Notes under the pieces: generated by a model
Database searches by the model: none
The model's input: only the letters and a program-made list of their open reading frames with translations
What the model was told of the DNA's origin: nothing
Shown: positions 28,444 to 39,456 of the stretch, one piece after another
How the letters are laid out: the number at the start of each line of letters is the position of its first letter
Numbering within the stretch: the stretch's first letter is position 1
Made by a program: the position numbers and the translations under genes
NCBI GenBank assembly: GCA_021613535.1
Contig: CP075493.1
Location: 10,205,179 to 10,269,178, forward strand
Source: Adineta vaga
Lineage: Eukaryota; Animalia; Rotifera
Reading direction: 5' to 3'
Length of the DNA: 64,000 bases

Positions 28444-28661
28444 ATATTGAAAAATCTTCTGATCAAATGCATTTTTCTTCTTCTTTTTCTTTTTAAGTAT
28501 GTATATATTTATTTATTATTTAGTATATACATAAAAAACATCAACAAAGATATATAATTAGTGAAGTGTGTCAAGAATTATTTCGATTCATTGATAATAA
28601 TAATGAAATGTTAACAGACAAGTAAATTATTTATTGAAACAAATCAATAATAGAAATACAA

Positions 28662-29895
28662 ATGCTTAATAATACAAACATATCAGCTGTTGATCAAGCA
28701 ACATCAAGTAAATCATCCTTTTCGAATACAACAAGTGGACTTATGAATTCAAATTCAATTGGAAATACGAATGGTCGGTATTCACCAAGTAATTTCTATC
28801 GAGCTGCAGCTGTAGCTGCTGCAACAAGTGATCCTAATAATCGACGATATATGCCTAGTACACCGGTATACATTTGTATTTTTATCAAAATAAGAAACAG
28901 CAACAACATATATTTCTTTTTCTAGTGGCCTAAATCAAATTGTTTTGGCGATAGTTTTAAATTTGAACCAAATGTATGTGTACAGAAAAGAAGATGTTCA
29001 AAAAAGTATTTGAAAATTTCTTATTTTAGAGTCTATTTTGTCCAACCATTGATGATAATTTTCTTCGTCAAGCTGAAGCATTATCAAAACCTGAATCATC
29101 ATCCCTTTATTACCCATCGCCCTTTGCTTGTTCATCAGCAGCAGCCACATCATCATATCATCTACGGGCAATGTTTATTCTGGTTCATCAACAATGGAAT
29201 CTCATCTTTTATCTGATCATAATCAACATAATCATCATTCGCATGTAAATTCCAATTTACATCCATTTTATCAACGTCAATATGCTGCAGCTGCTGTTGG
29301 TGTTTTACCTGGTATGGTTGTTGGCATGCATCATCACAGTGTTGTCGGTAGTCTTGTTCCATCTCATGAACTTGATGTTGATCCACGTGAATTAGAATTG
29401 TTTGCTGAACGTTTTAAACAACGTCGAATTAAATTAGGTGTTACTCAAGCGGATGTTGGTCATCAATTGTCGAAATTAAAAATGCCCGGCGTTGGTTCTC
29501 TATCTCAATCGACTATATGTCGATTTGAATCACTTACATTATCACATAATAATATGGTGGCATTAAAACCAGTTCTTCAAGCTTGGTTAGAATTTGCTGA
29601 AGCAGAAATGCGACAGAGAAAAAAAGATGAAATGAATGGCAATATGATTGGTTTAAGTGGACATATTAGTTCAAGTGGAAGTTTAATTGATAAGAAACGT
29701 AAACGTACATCGATTGCTGCACAAGAAAAACGTTTTCTTGAATCGTGTTTTATTCAACAACAAAGACCAAGTGGAGAACGTATTGCCCAAATAGCAGATA
29801 AACTTGATTTAAAGAAGAATGTTGTTCGTGTTTGGTTTTGTAATCAACGACAAAAAAATAAACGTTTACGGTTTGCTGCTGGTCAATCAGCGTAA
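28662..29895 (+). CDS. POU4F: POU class IV homeobox transcription factor (Brn-3 / unc-86 / acj6 family): POU-IV box, POU-specific domain and POU homeodomain.
   Basis: Exon 1 at 28662-28865: MLNNTNISAVDQ...RRYMPSTP. Micro-exon at 28923-28964: WPKSNCFGDSFKFEPN. Exon 3 from 29032 encodes the POU-IV box SLFCPTIDDNFLRQAEAL. POU domain in ORF 29128-29895: DPRELELFAERFKQRRIKLGVTQADVG...GVGSLSQSTICRFESLTLSHNNMVALKPVLQAWLEFAE...KRKRTSIAAQEKRFLESCF...DKLDLKKNVVRVWFCNQRQKNKR, nearly identical to the Brn-3 consensus. Stop at about 29893-29895. Confidence 0.9.
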
Positions 29896-30002
29896 CATAT
29901 ATGAGTATTTGAGACCGAAAGAAGAAAGATCGAATAAGTCCGTCCATTTTAATGAGTTTATATATTCGTTTTTCTTTGTCGTTCTTTTTTAACTGTTGTC
30001 AC

Positions 30003-30024
30003 TCTCTCTCTCTCTCTCTCTCTT
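30003..30024. repeat. (CT)n microsatellite in the POU4 3' flank.
   Basis: ctctctctctctctctctctct at 30003-30024. Confidence 0.85.
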
Positions 30025-30214
30025 TTTCTCTGATATTGTTGTCTCCTTTTAGCAGTTAATCTCTATTTTCTAGCACAAAGTGTGTTTTCTTTGTTCTATA
30101 ACAATATTGATCAATTGGAATTTTATTCTATTTTTTATAGACAACGTATTAACAGCATTTATTCATCTAATCAATGAAATGTACAAAAGCCATATATAAA
30201 TATATACACGTATC

Positions 30215-30945
30215 TTAAATAGAATTTTCTGTTCGAGGTGAATTTTGTTGCTGTTTTATTATGTGTTGAAGAAATTCAATGATAAACATTTGTAAACGTA
30301 CATCTTGTGGTTTATTCGTTGCATGCATACATGGTACACCAACTTTTTCTAATCTCGTTTGTTGTTCTAACATTTTTTGATCAAGATCTAAAACAATTTT
30401 CATATCGAAACGTTGTTGTTCATCGGCAACTCTTTTTACAAATGCCTAAATGATTTTTAATTGAAGATCAAAATTTAAGAATAGAGAAATAAACATACAT
30501 CAAATTCACGTTTATTTGCTGATTGAAGAAGATTTAAATGTTGTGGTCTATCAGCACAACGAGCTTCATCTTCGGAATGTTTTCGAATTAAATCTAATTC
30601 TTGTTCTAAAGAACCTTCAACAGTTGTTACTTAGAGGTATATTTTCTCGTACCTTTTGCTTGTTTAACTAATTTTTGTCGTTCATTGAATAATGTTTTCT
30701 CAGTTCGTGTTTGTATCTCTTGTAAACTATTGATAATATCAATAACATTTGTATCAAGTGATACGGTTATCAAATTTTCAATGAGATTATCTTTTTCAAA
30801 ACGTTCTTGTAATTTTCTAAATGATTTATTCAACGATATAAAATCCTTTCTAATCAAACGTTTCTTTTTTCTTCTTACGATGGTAAATCATTAATCATTA
30901 GTTTTAATTGTTCTGAAATTTGTTGACGATTCATATCTTAAACAC
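30215..30945 (-). CDS. Small (about 200 aa) coiled-coil protein, three or more exons; family unresolved.
   Basis: Minus exons: MNRQQISEQLKLMINDL at about 30895-30945; ORF 30627-30857 (KDFISLNKSFRKLQERFEKDNLIENL...KLVKQAKG); about 30420-30600 (VTTVEGSLEQELDLIRKHSEDEARCADRPQHLNLLQSANKREFD); ORF 30215-30403 (...QTRLEKVGVPCMHATNKPQDVRLQMFIIEFLQHIIKQQQNSPRTENSI*). GT..AG introns of 30-60 bp. Confidence 0.5.
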
Positions 30946-31290
30946 AAATATATCAATGAAACATATATATATATATATATATATTCTATTCAAAAATTTG
31001 TTAATTAATATTTATTAAAGTATAAAAATACGTTATACAAATAAAAATATTCGTAAAACGAACAATTATGTTAGAAAGCAACGAATAATAAAAACAAACA
31101 CTGTTGACATGTTAAGAAATGAGTTCACCGAAAGACTTAGATAAATTAGTAAGAAGTTAAAACGAAAGATTGCGAGGATAGGGTTAGAAAAAAAATAAGA
31201 GCACCAATTAAAGCAATTTGTCATGCAAATCGTCAGATTTATTAAAATTGTGTGTTCATGGTTTCATTGTTTGCTGCTTTATTTTGACGC

Positions 31291-34200
31291 TAAGGAAAAA
31301 GAATATGACTAAAACATGGACACAAAGGAGTTTTCTCTTACTTCACGTCGTAGAGCTTGATTGGATTCAAAAAGACTTTTTGCTCGTGCAATTTCCACTT
31401 CATATGGAACATCAGGTATGGCGAAATCGATTGCAAATTTAATCGCCAACAGAATATGCTATAAAACAATCCTAATTACTTTCATAATTACTTCTACAAA
31501 TCATATACCTCAGCTGCGATAAATAGAAGAATATATTCTACATCCGTATACGTCGAAAAATAAGCACGAACTGACGGTTGCATAGCAATTAATGCTGTAT
31601 TTGTAACAATTGCAATTGAACTTAATATATCAAAAGCATAATGCCAACTTCCAATATTACTAGCTGGTTGAGCAAATGGACGTTGATAAACGTAACAATA
31701 TTTGAATGCATCAGCACGAAGTTCAAAAATGTTATTAATCAATCCGCAAATAGTTACCCAAGGAAATACCTGAAATAAATAAACAAATATTTTCAAAAAA
31801 TATCTCAGAATATCTAAGAAATTTACAGCAGAAAATAAAGCGATATAACCATATTGTTCGAAGATAGTTAAATAATCTCCATATGTTCCCTAGAAACGAA
31901 GAAAACGAATTCATATGTTCAATTCTCACTTTCTCAAATAATGTTAATCATTACTTCAAATGGTGTTAAAGTTTTCGATTGTTTAATAACTTCGCTAACT
32001 TTTGTATCGACTGATCCTGTTCGAACTAATTGATTCTTTTTCACTCGTTTGAATATATATGGAAGAACTTGTTCAGTAAATTTTAATATAATAGCATTAA
32101 TAATAACCAATGATGTAAGTAACTAGAAGAGATTTTTCAATGAAGAAAAGTTCGTTTATCAAAACCAAAGAACTTACTTGAACAACATTAGCATAGTTAA
32201 CATTGAAAAATGCTTGATAAAATAACCCGACAAAACTGTTGACAAAAAAGAAGATGAATAGTTTCGATGTTAAATTATTTTCATAGGCAGTTTGAAGACG
32301 ATGATTTTCTAAATAAAAACAAACCTATATTGTTGACTAATAACCAAAGCAAGATGTTTAACATACCAAAATCTGTTAAGAATGTTGCTAGTTTTTTGTA
32401 GATTAATTTTACAGGAATAACTAGTAATGAATAACCAGTTGATGGTATCATACGTCTTACTTTCGTTTCAACAGGTATTCCAGAGTTAGTTAATGGATAA
32501 TTTGTATTCGTACGTTCTTGAATGCCATAATAAGTAAAATAAAGTGTCATTGCAAATACTAAACATCCCATAACAATTGGATAACTAACAAGATATTTCT
32601 TTATTTGTCGTTTCCATCTAAAAAATCTGTACATGGAAAGGAAAATAGATCACAGTTGTTAACATACGCTGGATAAAGTGGTTCTAATCTTCCTGTAATT
32701 GGTGATGGTTGTAATTCTCCAAAATAAGCTGGACGTGGTCGTTCAAATACTTGTAAATCAAGTGTACCCCATTGATAAGCTAATTTATTTGTTAAACGTT
32801 TCCATCGTTCCATCTAAATTATCAATTTATCATTGATTTTGAAAGAGAAAATACGGATACATACAAATATTGTCCACCAGATAACATTGAACAAGCAGAA
32901 GAATGAATATCTAGCAAAATCCGAAATTGGCAAAAAACTAACCAAGACACCTAGAAGAAACGATAAAATTGTAGAGAATAGTTAGAATTAAAGCAGTTAA
33001 ACAAGACGAGAATAGATAACACTAATTAATTACGTATTTATTTTTAAAGATATTCATTGATTATGCCAGAATTTGTATTTACTATAAAAAATAAAACATT
33101 GTATCTTGCCAAACAATTAGGTCGTTTTCAAGTATGTGTTTTTTTACACGATTTACTGTCAAAACTACAGGTCACAGAAATATCATGACTCATTGTACGA
33201 AATATTGATAGGCAGTTATAATGATATATTTTTTTGTTTTTATTACGCCTGATTGGTTTTGTTTTTTTCGCATACTATGTTCGATGATTGTTGATTATAC
33301 CGCAAAATATATAACATAATATCATTTCTTTTCTCATTCTACGCATGGCTAATGAGAGATATATGATTATATTCTCAGAATTAACTGTCAATGATTCATA
33401 AATATTATGAAAGAGAATATCTGTTAGAAAATTTTTTTTGTAATTGATATGCTTACCAAGAATAGATGTTGGTATGAGAGCTTTTGTATAATATTCCAAG
33501 AATGCAAAATAAAATGCAACATTATCGCCAAAATAGTTTCGAATTTTATCTAAATAATAAATAATAATTGACATATTTTTTGAATAGTTTACTTGCTTAC
33601 GAATATCTTGCGATTTAAATATTGAAAGTTTCGATTTAAACCAATCATGTTCAAGTAATTTAATATCTTCTTTTTCATGTAATGGAAAGAAATTTACAAC
33701 AAAATGCAGATCATTAAGTATCGCAACTAAATAAAACATGAAAATGAATAAAAGAGAAATCATTTGATGATATATTTCATTTACGCATAGTATCATTTTC
33801 AGGTGAAAATGATTTTGTTGGTACACCTGGTACTGCATGTTCATTTTTCATTGGACGTAGATTTTGAATTTCTTCAAAGACAATTCGTTGCTTTTCAGAT
33901 TTGAGTAGAATGTCACCAGGATTTTCTAATTTCGAATGAATATGAGTAATTAGTTTAAGATAATCGATATTCACCTGAATTCTGAAAATGTTCAATATCC
34001 GCAACAAGAAATTCCGTTAGACCTTTCGTTGTATCCCATTTTTGTATTCGTAGCTCTTCGGCGCCAACTAATAAACGTTCTAGTGTTGCACCGATAACAA
34101 TCAAACTATTCTATACAATAGACAAATGAGCTTTTTTCGAATGGAAATAAATAACAATGTTTGTTTTAAAATAGCTCCGAAATCTCAAAAAAAGCTTATT

Positions 34201-34390
34201 GAGAATTTCTAGTTCCTCTTACTCGATTTTCGGTGTTCGACTCGAATCGAGCTAGTAATCCAGCACCTTCATCTTCATATTGATTTGCAGTTAATCGATG
34301 AATAATCCATTCTTTGGTTACTGCTGGTGTTGTGGGTGAGAGTTGAAGAACTACTAAAGGTTCAAAATCATCCTTCTCATCGAAAGACAT
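31291..34390 (-). CDS. ANO: Anoctamin / TMEM16 family Ca-activated channel or scramblase (ANO10/ANO8-like size), multi-exon.
   Basis: N-terminus MSFDEKDDFEPLVVLQLSPTTPAV (ORF 34196-34390). IRNYFGDNVAFYFAFLEYYTKALIPTSILG (ORF 33275-33844) matches anoctamin [20 protein letters not shown]. Pore-region exon VFPWVTICGLINNIFELRADAFKYCYVYQRPFAQPASNIGSWHYAFDILSSIAIVTN (ORF 31494-31796) matches ...LLNNWVEIRLDAQKF...RRP...DIGIW. Last exon HILLAIKFAIDFAIPDVPYEVEIARAKS...* at about 31291-31446. Confidence 0.8.
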
Positions 34391-35064
34391 CTGTCTACGG
34401 ACAATTTAGGTCGATTAAATAAAGGTTACAACGCATCAATATACGCATTAGCGATATAGCGAAAAACAACCACACGATGATTCATTCTTTTCTTTGATTA
34501 GTCGTAAATAATCCAATACGGAAATATAATCAAATTGAACTTAAGTTTCTTAATTTTATTGATAATCTAACTTATTTATACACATTCATAATGTTCAAAT
34601 ATTTCTTTCGAAATAAAATTCCTCCGATCAAATAGACGTTCAATCCATAGTTTACCCTTTCCAGGAAATCTTTCCATTGCACTTGCACATACATAAACAG
34701 AATTCATTTATCTTTAAATCTTTTTTTTTGTCAATGAAAATTCTGCATATGATGTTAACTTATATAAGACAGATTAGTCTGATTCATTATGAAAGATCAA
34801 ACTTTTTGACTGATGCAGACTCGATGAATCAATCTACAGTCCAATGATGTAAAATGACTATTGAAGAGCATTTTGATTGTAAGACGAACAAACAACTACT
34901 TAATTTCACTTGTTTTCTTTCTTTCTTATTCGATTAAGTAGCAGTTTGTTCGTCTGAAGTCAGTGGGCTCATATGATTATTGATTATGAGATCTGAGGAC
35001 TGTTAGAATTCGAAATTCAATTTATATTCTCATTTGGTTTTCGATTTTAGATTGACATCTGACA

Positions 35065-35760
35065 ATGAAACATAATAACGTCATCCCAAATGCTCACTTT
35101 CATAAAAAGTGGCAATTACATGTCCGTACTTGGTTCGATCAACCAGGCCGTAAAGTACGACGTCATCAAAAACGTTTAAACAAAGCTCAACGTGTTGCTC
35201 CTCGACCAGCCAAAGGTTCATTACGGCCAGTTGTTCGTGGTACCACACGTCGTTATAACATGAAAGTACGTTCTGGACGCGGTTTTTCTTTGGATGAAAT
35301 TCGTGCTGCTGGTCTTCATCCAACCTATGCTCGAACCATCGGTATTTCAGTTGATCATCGACGACGCAATAAATCCACTGAAGCTTTTCAAGTAAATATC
35401 AATAAAAAATATTGAATTAATTAAAAAAAAATAATTTTTTTGATTTAGCTTAATGTTCAACGTCTCAAACAATATCTCGGTAAACTTATCTTGTTTCCAT
35501 TGAACGCCGATAAACCTAAGAAGAACGATGCTAAACCTGAAGAAACCAAATTAGCTGTTCAACTTAAGAAGCAACGTGTTATGCCAGTTAAACAACGTGT
35601 TATTCGTGAAAAAGCTCGACCTGTCAACGATACTGATACGAAATTTCAAGCTTTTCAAGCTATACGTATGGCTCGTGCTGATGCTCGTTTAATTGGTCTA
35701 CGTGAAAAGAAGGCTAAACAAGCAGCTGAAGACGAAAAGAAACCGAAAAAAGAGAAATGA
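35065..35760 (+). CDS. RPL13: 60S ribosomal protein L13 (eL13), two exons (35065-35391 and 35449-35760).
   Basis: [84 protein letters not shown]...[17 protein letters not shown]. Intron gtaaat...tgatttag. Second exon [17 protein letters not shown]...[33 protein letters not shown]. Near-collinear with human RPL13. Confidence 0.93.
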
Positions 35761-35904
35761 GCATTTTCTTTTGTTTTTGTAACCAAATGTTTAGATTGAA
35801 AAGAATCGAAATAAAGAAAAAGAAGATCATAGTTCGCCGACGAAATCAATATGTCGGTTCGAGAAAAAAACTAACAAAAATCTTGTTTTGTTTTTATAGA
35901 TTTC

Positions 35905-36795
35905 ATGAATCTTTTACTATCTCGCCATATTCTACGTCCTTCTTTTCTTTCAAAAACTTTTCTTCATAATTCTATTCTACCGTGTTTATCATCAATAAAA
36001 CAGTTTTCATTATCATCATCATCATCATCATCATCATCAACTAATAATCAGTATAACAAATCACAATCATCAAATAAGAATGATTTCGAAAAAGAATTTA
36101 AAAAATTTGAACGAAATGAAAAAAATCGTCGAGTTAATATTGCACTTTATATGAGTTCTATGGCAATTCTCATGCTTGGATTAACTTATGCATCTGTTCC
36201 ACTCTATAAAATGTTTTGTGAAGCAACAGGATTTGATGGAGTTATTCGAAAAACTGACGATGAGGATATAATATCAGCAAATGTCAGACAATTACCTCAA
36301 CGAATGGATAAAGAAAATCCGATGATTCGAATACATTTTTCTTCAACACCTTCATCACTTTTACCGTGGACATTTGAACCTGAACAACGTGAAATTTCTA
36401 TTCAACCAGGTGAAACAGCACTAGCTTTTTATCGCGCAAAAAATGAATCGAATCGACCAATTATTGGTATTGCAACATACAATGTTCAACCATCACAAGC
36501 AGCATTTTATTTTAATAAAATTCAATGTTTTTGTTTTGAAGAACAACGTTTAGAACCAGGCGAAGAAATTGATATGCCCGTCTTCTTTTATATCGATCCA
36601 GATTTTATACGAGATCCAAATTTACAAGGTGTTAATGATATTAGTTTATCTTATACATTTTTTGAAAGTAAAGGTACCGAATATCTTGCTTTAATGGGCG
36701 GAGATCCAGCAATGGCAAATATGAAATTTAAACCAAGTGAAACATTACCATATGCACATCGACACAAAGAAAAGATCATAACAAATCCTTCTTAG
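35905..36795 (+). CDS. COX11: Cytochrome c oxidase assembly protein COX11 (mitochondrial copper chaperone), apparently a single exon.
   Basis: ORF 35905-36795: TM helix MSSMAILMLGLTYASVPLYKMFCEATGFDG; conserved copper-binding CFCF motif in KIQCFCFEEQRLEPGEEIDMPVFFYIDPDF. S-rich presequence-like N-terminus. Lies 145 bp downstream of the RPL13 stop. Confidence 0.9.
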   Translation: MNLLLSRHILRPSFLSKTFLHNSILPCLSSIKQFSLSSSSSSSSSTNNQYNKSQSSNKNDFEKEFKKFERNEKNRRVNIALYMSSMAILMLGLTYASVPLYKMFCEATGFDGVIRKTDDEDIISANVRQLPQRMDKENPMIRIHFSSTPSSLLPWTFEPEQREISIQPGETALAFYRAKNESNRPIIGIATYNVQPSQAAFYFNKIQCFCFEEQRLEPGEEIDMPVFFYIDPDFIRDPNLQGVNDISLSYTFFESKGTEYLALMGGDPAMANMKFKPSETLPYAHRHKEKIITNPS

Positions 36796-37592
36796 TTTTC
36801 TATGTGTATATAAATAGAATTGTTCTTTTTTCTTTTTATTTGTCTTCAATATGGAAACACATTCGAACGATGTATAATTGAAAATAAACATTTTCAGTCC
36901 AATTCGATTGTCAATCAGCAGAAAACTCTTTTCGTATTTGAATTACTCTCAACTTTGACTTATATGATAGTTTGAATGAATTACATGCTCAAAGCAGATA
37001 TATCAAGTTTTGCTAAACAAGATCGATATTGTACTATAAGAGATGTATGTATGTTATCAATTATGATTGCATTGAACTATTCATTAATGTTGTAAACGAA
37101 AGTATTCATTAACTAAGATTTTGTAGTGAGATGGATTGAAATCATAGAAATTTATTTTTCGAGAAAGCAGATTTTTAATTTTCGCAATTGAGTATACAAA
37201 CTTATCATCGTTTCGTTTCATGTGTTCATCCACGTCAATCATTTCTTCTGATACCACTTATATTAAACGAACAAATTGTTTGGCAAACATCATTTTCCAA
37301 TTCATTTAGTTTCTTCTATTTATTCATTGTTTCCTACGCTATGCCAATTATTTTCATAACTATTTTACATGTTTCCATTATTTATTATTTGAGAAAATAT
37401 TGACAAATTCATCGTCATCACCGTCTTACTGTTACAACATATTACTCTCATAGCTGCAAGAAATTCTTGATGTTTAATATGTTATTGAATAAACAAAAAC
37501 AAAACACCTGTCGCACGATATTTCAGTATATTATAAAATGATGGATAGATTTTTTTATTGTTTAAAGAAAAGAAAATCATACATTTGATAAC

Positions 37593-38816
37593 TTAATTCT
37601 TCTTACTAATTTTATTTAATGTTTTCCAACATAGATGAAAAGCTCGTGGTACATGATAACATCCTTTCCATTTTCCACCTTTTAAACTTAATAAAACTTC
37701 ACCCTGTCGATTTAAATATCCAAATAATTCTCCACCTTCGGCATCAACAAAATGATCAATTGTATATTTTTGAACTTTATTCAACCAAGGAAGTAATTCA
37801 TTCATCCGATCGGGTTGATGATCAATTGCTTTAATCAATGCGATTAATGTCTCAAGATGAACCCACCATAATTTTTGATCCCATTCAAGTTGTTGTGGTG
37901 GCCGTTGTTCGATATCAAGAAAATAGAAGATACCATTATATTTTTCATCCCAACTATAATTTAATATTTTCAATAATGTATCAATACAAATTGATGCTAA
38001 TTGTTGATCGTTTTGTCGTTCAGCAATATCAAGTAAAAACCACATGGCTTCTATTCCATGTCCAGGATTTAATAAACGACCTTCGAATGAATCATTTCTT
38101 GATCCATCTTTTGCATTGATATATTCTAAAATTAATCCTGAATCGTTTTGACGAAATTCTTCGATGATTTCTTTGATACATTCTTTTGTTAAAGTTTGAA
38201 TTAATTGTTTATCAATAAGATGTTCTAATTCCATAGCTAAATTACACATCATCATTGGTAAAGCAAAACTTTTTAATTGTCGAGGTGATAAAGAACTGCC
38301 TTTATTCCATTCACCTTTGGGATTTGACCGACGTTTTTGTATATCATCAAATGTTTCTAGAGCAATCTGTTTATATTTTTCAGAATTCATTTTATCGATC
38401 TTTGCCATTTGACCAAATGCCATTGAGGCAAAAACACTGGAAAATATATTGTATGGTTCAATTAATGGTTCACCATTTTGTGTTAATGAAAAATACCATT
38501 GACCATTAGTTGGATGGCGACCATATTTTTCCAAAAATATTGCTCCATGTTGAGCAGTTTTCAACCATTCTTGACGTTCTTTATCAGAAACATTCAAGTC
38601 AAGATCTTGATATAGTTTTGCAAACATCCATATCTGTCGAGCTTGTAACCAAATAAATTTATCTGTGTCAAAAACTTTACCATCACGATCCAGACATGTA
38701 AAATAACCACCATATTCTCGATCGATCGAATGACTAAGCCAAAACGGTATAATATTAGTAAGAAGATAATCACGATAATAATGTGACCATAAAGTAAAAT
38801 CATAAGTCTCACTCAT
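37593..38816 (-). CDS. RENBP: N-acyl-D-glucosamine 2-epimerase (renin-binding protein family, AGE superfamily), intronless 407 aa.
   Basis: ORF 37593-38816: MSETYDFTLWSHYYRDYLLTNIIPFWLSHSIDREYGGYFTCLDRDGKVFDTDKFIWLQARQIWMFAKLY...GHGIEAMWFLLDIAERQ...GGKWKGCYHVPRAF. Collinear with animal RENBP and the bacterial AGE alpha6/alpha6-barrel family. Confidence 0.85.
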   Translation of the reverse strand: MSETYDFTLWSHYYRDYLLTNIIPFWLSHSIDREYGGYFTCLDRDGKVFDTDKFIWLQARQIWMFAKLYQDLDLNVSDKERQEWLKTAQHGAIFLEKYGRHPTNGQWYFSLTQNGEPLIEPYNIFSSVFASMAFGQMAKIDKMNSEKYKQIALETFDDIQKRRSNPKGEWNKGSSLSPRQLKSFALPMMMCNLAMELEHLIDKQLIQTLTKECIKEIIEEFRQNDSGLILEYINAKDGSRNDSFEGRLLNPGHGIEAMWFLLDIAERQNDQQLASICIDTLLKILNYSWDEKYNGIFYFLDIEQRPPQQLEWDQKLWWVHLETLIALIKAIDHQPDRMNELLPWLNKVQKYTIDHFVDAEGGELFGYLNRQGEVLLSLKGGKWKGCYHVPRAFHLCWKTLNKISKKN

Positions 38817-39456
38817 TGTTGTCCTGTTGTGCTTTTGAATAATGTCTTTAGATAAGAATCCTACCTCAGTTAACTTAGTTTGAGGTTATCTAAAACAAGA
38901 TATCATATAAATGTCAATAAATCCAGTAATGTTATACTGAATAACAGATAAAGATAGAAAGTCAGATCATACAGGCGGAAGTAGAAGACTGCTGCTATAA
39001 AAAGATTTGAATCAAAACGTCAGTGAACTATGATCTATATACTATCATTTAGTAAGTATAGCGCCATCTGACGGTAAGTTGATAAAATAAGTTCCGTATA
39101 ACTATGGTGAACCATCTTCTTTTATGTATAATATTGTGTAAAAAAAGTTATTTCTATCGGAAAACGATGATGTGTTCTACTATATTCTAATCACATAAAT
39201 ATATAAAAATAAAAATAAAAATATTAAATAGTTATAGCCTTCGTACAAGCTGACGTTTTATTCAAAAGCAAGAATGAAAACCAATCGATGATAAACATAA
39301 AACTTCATACAGAAAACATCAAGCATTAATACAAATAACAAGAAGACACATTAAAGCAAGAATTAGATTTGAATAATTTTATGAATATGTAATGTGACTA
39401 AACTTTTATTTTTGATTTTAACTAGAGTAACATACGAAAATACGTATATTATACCT

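Larger units (their letters stand above)
24528..28661. promoter_or_regulatory. About 4.1 kb gene-free region upstream of the POU-IV gene, divergent from KLC. This is the largest intergenic interval in the window and a candidate cis-regulatory landscape for the developmental transcription factor.
   Basis: No convincing ORF or exon-like conserved-looking translation on either strand. Contains (GA)n at 26378, (GA)n at 27968 and (TG)n at 28419. Other intergenic gaps in the window are about 0.1-1.5 kb. Confidence 0.35.

Noticed and set aside
37593-38816. AGE/RENBP gene as recent bacterial horizontal transfer
   Set aside because: AT-rich, host-like codon usage and the existence of a metazoan RENBP family make simple vertical inheritance with intron loss at least as likely. 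Kept only as a low-interest finding.
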